Of a DNA stretch of 64,000 nucleotides, positions 61,051-64,000 are shown piece after piece (within the stretch, counting starts at the first letter, position 1; every line of letters begins with the position of its first letter). The notes under the pieces are model-generated. The model was not told the DNA's origin, did not search any database, and saw only the letters and a program-made list of their open reading frames with translations. The position numbers and the translations under genes were made by a program. The DNA comes from Desulfomonilia bacterium (GTDB lineage Bacteria > Desulfobacterota > Desulfomonilia > UBA1062), in NCBI GenBank assembly GCA_050014195.1, contig JBEKDT010000018.1, positions 1-64,000 on the forward strand, read 5' to 3'.

Positions 61051-62745
61051 ATGACCCCAGATAGAACCGATGCATTCTTACGAATGATCCGCCTGTCCCA
61101 ACGTGGACGGTTGAAGATATACCTTGGATATGCCGCAGGTGTCGGGAAGACCTATGAGATGCTCCAGGAGGCACACCGGCTCAAGGCGGAAGGCATCGAT
61201 GTGGTGGTCGGTCTGGTCGAAACGCACGGCCGGGCGGGGACCGCCAAACTCCTGGAAGGCCTTGAAATAATCCCCAGGCGGAAGCAGGAATATCAAGGGA
61301 TGATCCTGGAGGAAATGGATCTCGATGCCATTCTGAAACGCAAACCGGGAATCGTTCTTGTAGACGAACTTGCCCATACAAACGTACCAGAGAGCCGGAA
61401 TCCCAAACGCTATCAGGATGTCCAGGATATCCTTAGCCAAGGGATTCATGTCATCACGACCTTAAATATTCAACACCTGGAGAGCCTCTATGATGTCGTT
61501 GAGAGGGCTTCCGGAGTCAAGGTGCATGAGCGTCTTCCCGACTCTATCCTGACCGAGGCGGACCAGATCGTAAACGTCGACGTAACCACCGAAGACTTAA
61601 ACGACCGGCTGAAGGAGGGTAAGATATATCCCAAGGAAAGGGTCGAGACCGCCCTGGCGAACTTCTTCAAAAAATCGAATCTGACTCAGCTCCGCGAACT
61701 TACCCTTCGAGAGCTCGCCTCACAACTCGACGTGCGCTCCCGGGACGACCAGGAAAAAGACATGAGTGCAACCCCGGACCAGATAATGGTTTGTCTCAGC
61801 AGCAGGGGACCCAACAGCGAAAGGCTCCTCAGGTATGCGTCACGGGTGGCCGGCAGGCTCAACCGCAACTGGTACGCCGTATATGTCCAGACACCCTCCG
61901 AAGACCCGATGGTCATTGACGCCAAGATCCAGCGCCTCATTTCGAATACACTCACCCTTGCCAAGCAGCTCGGTGCAATCGTCTTCACGTTCAAGGGAGA
62001 AGACATCGTGAGCACCATCCTGCAGTTTGCAAAGGAGTACCGGGTCGGTCACATCGTCATCGGCAGCCCTGATAAGATCCCTTTCAGAAAACGGATATTC
62101 GGCAGACGGAGCATTGCCGAACGCCTTATCCAGGAGGCGGTGGGCGTCACGGTCGTTGTCCTGGATACCAAGACATCCGAGTCGGAGTATGCCCCTAAGG
62201 TGGAAGAAAAGGCTGTCCCAACGAAACCGAGCTCATCACATGCCCCTTCTCCGGGAGACGACCATGGAGGCTTAAGCCGGTTTCTCTCACCCAAAGGTAT
62301 CCTCATCTGGAATGAGCCGGTAGCAAGTGATGTCCTGTTGCAAGGGCTTACGGAGGTTGCCGCACAATGCGCGAACGACTCTCATCAAAGTCTGAAATAC
62401 CTTTCGGCCATCCTGGAAAGAGAAACCCAGGGGTCTACCTTTTTCAACGAAGGGGTTGCCTTTCCCCATGCGAGGATCGAGGGACTTGAACATGCATGTG
62501 TTGCGTTCGGACTTACCCATGGAGGTGTTTCCGATGTGACGACCGACAATCCCATTAAATGTGTTTTCCTCATTTTATCACCAATGGAAAACCCTGACCA
62601 ACAGATCCAGATCCTGGGTCTTGCCAGCAAGCTGGCCCAGGACAGGCACCTCATGGGCACGCTCCAATCCGCCATGAGACCCGATGAAGCGTATGAAGCC
62701 ATCCGCGATTGGGAATTTATCCAGGACAATAAGACGGATGAATAA
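61051..62745 (+). CDS. KdpD N-terminal sensor + USP + PTS EIIA fusion (no TM or kinase domain)
   Basis: LGYAAGVGKT, VDELAHTN, KRYQDV, QHLESL, LRELTLR; USP domain; EIIA signature ILERE..GST..GVAFPH. Confidence 0.9.
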   Translation: MTPDRTDAFLRMIRLSQRGRLKIYLGYAAGVGKTYEMLQEAHRLKAEGIDVVVGLVETHGRAGTAKLLEGLEIIPRRKQEYQGMILEEMDLDAILKRKPGIVLVDELAHTNVPESRNPKRYQDVQDILSQGIHVITTLNIQHLESLYDVVERASGVKVHERLPDSILTEADQIVNVDVTTEDLNDRLKEGKIYPKERVETALANFFKKSNLTQLRELTLRELASQLDVRSRDDQEKDMSATPDQIMVCLSSRGPNSERLLRYASRVAGRLNRNWYAVYVQTPSEDPMVIDAKIQRLISNTLTLAKQLGAIVFTFKGEDIVSTILQFAKEYRVGHIVIGSPDKIPFRKRIFGRRSIAERLIQEAVGVTVVVLDTKTSESEYAPKVEEKAVPTKPSSSHAPSPGDDHGGLSRFLSPKGILIWNEPVASDVLLQGLTEVAAQCANDSHQSLKYLSAILERETQGSTFFNEGVAFPHARIEGLEHACVAFGLTHGGVSDVTTDNPIKCVFLILSPMENPDQQIQILGLASKLAQDRHLMGTLQSAMRPDEAYEAIRDWEFIQDNKTDE

Positions 62746-62774
62746 TGAATACACAAAAAAGGAGGACCTACCCT

Positions 62775-62870
62775 ATGAACCTGATAATCTGGTTTCCGGC
62801 AATGTTTCTCTTGGGCCTGGTATCCATGGGCCTTTGTTTCCTGTTCTTGAAAGCGTGCGAGAAAATCTAA
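62775..62870 (+). CDS. 31-aa hydrophobic membrane peptide upstream of kdpF
   Basis: AGGAGG RBS; MNLIIWFPAMFLLGLVSMGLCFLFLKACEKI. Confidence 0.7.
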   Translation: MNLIIWFPAMFLLGLVSMGLCFLFLKACEKI

Positions 62871-62886
62871 AAATGAGGTGATGCCA

Positions 62887-62967
62887 ATGATCTATCTGAC
62901 AGCGGCCGTAGCGGCCTTCTTGATCGTTTACCTTTGTGTGGCCCTGATACGGCCTGAATGGTTCTGA
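62887..62967 (+). CDS. kdpF: potassium-transporting ATPase subunit F
   Basis: MIYLTAAVAAFLIVYLCVALIRPEWF with YL..AL..PE.F signature; GAGGTG RBS. Confidence 0.88.
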   Translation: MIYLTAAVAAFLIVYLCVALIRPEWF

Positions 62968-63011
62968 ACAAAGACAACAGCGGATACCGAGGTACTGAAA
63001 GGAGTTAAACA

Positions 63012-64000
63012 ATGTTTTTAAAGACCTGGTTACTTCCATTCGCGCTTCTTGCCACAGCGACCCTCATCGCGTTTCCTCTGAGTCGCTATCTAGCGTGGAT
63101 CATGGATGGAAAATATAAACCCCTGGGCATCTTCGGATGGTTCGAAAATCGTTTGAACAGCGGGGCCCAGAACTGGAAGCAGTATGCAGGCTCCCTGCTC
63201 GTTTTTCAAACCCTGCTCTTCGTCTTCGGCTTCCTTGTCCTGGCACTGCAGCCATGGATGCCGTTGAATCCTGATGGCAAGGGCATGCTGTTCCCCAGCA
63301 CCATCTTCCACAGTGTGGTGTCGTTCATGACGAACACGGACCTCCAGCATTATGCAGGGGAAGTCCATCTCTCGAATTTCAGCCAGATCTTCTTCGGCAT
63401 AACCAATCTCTTCATATCGGCTGCCATCGGGCTCTGTGCACTGACTGCGATCATCCGGGCCTTCCGGGGGGAATCAAAGGTCGGCAACTTTTTTGTGGAC
63501 ATGTGGCGGGTGCTGATTTACCTGTTCGTGCCCATTGCATTCGTCATAAGCCTCATTTTCTTGCAGCAAGGCAGTCCCATGACCCTTCAAACCTCTTCTT
63601 ACCATGTCTCCACCCTCGAACCTGCTGCCATGGGAACCACGGATAAAGGCGAAGCCAAGCAGCAGACCATCGTTGTCGGGCCGGTGGCCGCCTTCGAGTC
63701 CATCAAGATGCTCGGCACCAACGGCGGCGGGTTCTACGGTATGAATTCAGCTCACCCCTTTGAGAATCCCACTGCAGCATCCAACTTCGTGGACACCCTT
63801 TCCATGATGATGTTTCCGTTCGCTCTGGTGCTCATGTACGGCCGTATGCTCAATAGGTTCCGGCATGGCATGGTCGTTTTTCTGGTCATGCTGACAATGA
63901 TGACCGGCACTATCGTCTGGTCGGTCTGTTTCGACACTCTGATGCCGAACCCCGGGTTGACCGGCCATCCTGTGGCACGGACGTTCGAAATACCCAGTGC
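63012..64000 (+). CDS. kdpA: potassium-transporting ATPase subunit A (runs off window end)
   Basis: Manual translation: QNWKQYA, PLNP, SFMTNTDLQHYAGE, GNFFVD, GPVA, IKMLGTNGGG, NSAHPFENPT. Confidence 0.95.
   Translation, partial: MFLKTWLLPFALLATATLIAFPLSRYLAWIMDGKYKPLGIFGWFENRLNSGAQNWKQYAGSLLVFQTLLFVFGFLVLALQPWMPLNPDGKGMLFPSTIFHSVVSFMTNTDLQHYAGEVHLSNFSQIFFGITNLFISAAIGLCALTAIIRAFRGESKVGNFFVDMWRVLIYLFVPIAFVISLIFLQQGSPMTLQTSSYHVSTLEPAAMGTTDKGEAKQQTIVVGPVAAFESIKMLGTNGGGFYGMNSAHPFENPTAASNFVDTLSMMMFPFALVLMYGRMLNRFRHGMVVFLVMLTMMTGTIVWSVCFDTLMPNPGLTGHPVARTFEIPS

Noticed and set aside
4605-63968. Many antisense and alternate-frame ORFs in the track (e.g. 32421-33602, 21957-22877, 11347-12183)
   Set aside because: Shadows of well-supported genes; no recognisable motifs
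1-64000. CRISPR array, rRNA, tRNA, intact transposase or integrase
   Set aside because: No regularly spaced repeats, RNA gene signatures or such ORFs recognised by eye
63012-64000. kdpA as a pseudogene because it is absent from the ORF track
   Set aside because: Frame reads open with KdpA motifs; it simply has no stop inside the window

Overview
64 kb of chromosome from an anaerobic bacterium, most likely Desulfobacterota/deltaproteobacterial (inferred from gene content; no rRNA, tRNA or CRISPR array seen). Main content: (i) a complete membrane-bound [NiFe]-hydrogenase operon (Tat-exported small subunit, large subunit, cytochrome b, maturation protease, hypACDBFE); (ii) an Hfs-like [FeFe]-hydrogenase sensory cluster (Trx-like 2Fe-2S protein, PAS-domain group C hydrogenase, SpoIIE-type phosphatase) headed by a 1143-aa fusion of a GltD/NfnB-like NADPH flavoprotein with a catalytic [FeFe]-hydrogenase, behind a candidate sigma54 promoter; (iii) a rewired Kdp potassium-uptake locus with a sigma54 activator, a separate KinB-like kinase, a kinase-less KdpD-USP-PTS EIIA fusion and two small membrane peptides before kdpA; (iv) a MerR regulator and two FabK/nitronate-monooxygenase paralogues sharing a palindromic upstream motif; (v) housekeeping genes (lon, hsp20, sodB, miaB, ftsY, gmk, pyrF, coaD, ftsH, msrAB and others), a VapBC pair, several secreted Ig/PKD/Fn3/RCC1 proteins, and small non-autonomous repeats. 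All product calls come from motif recognition by eye, not database searches.
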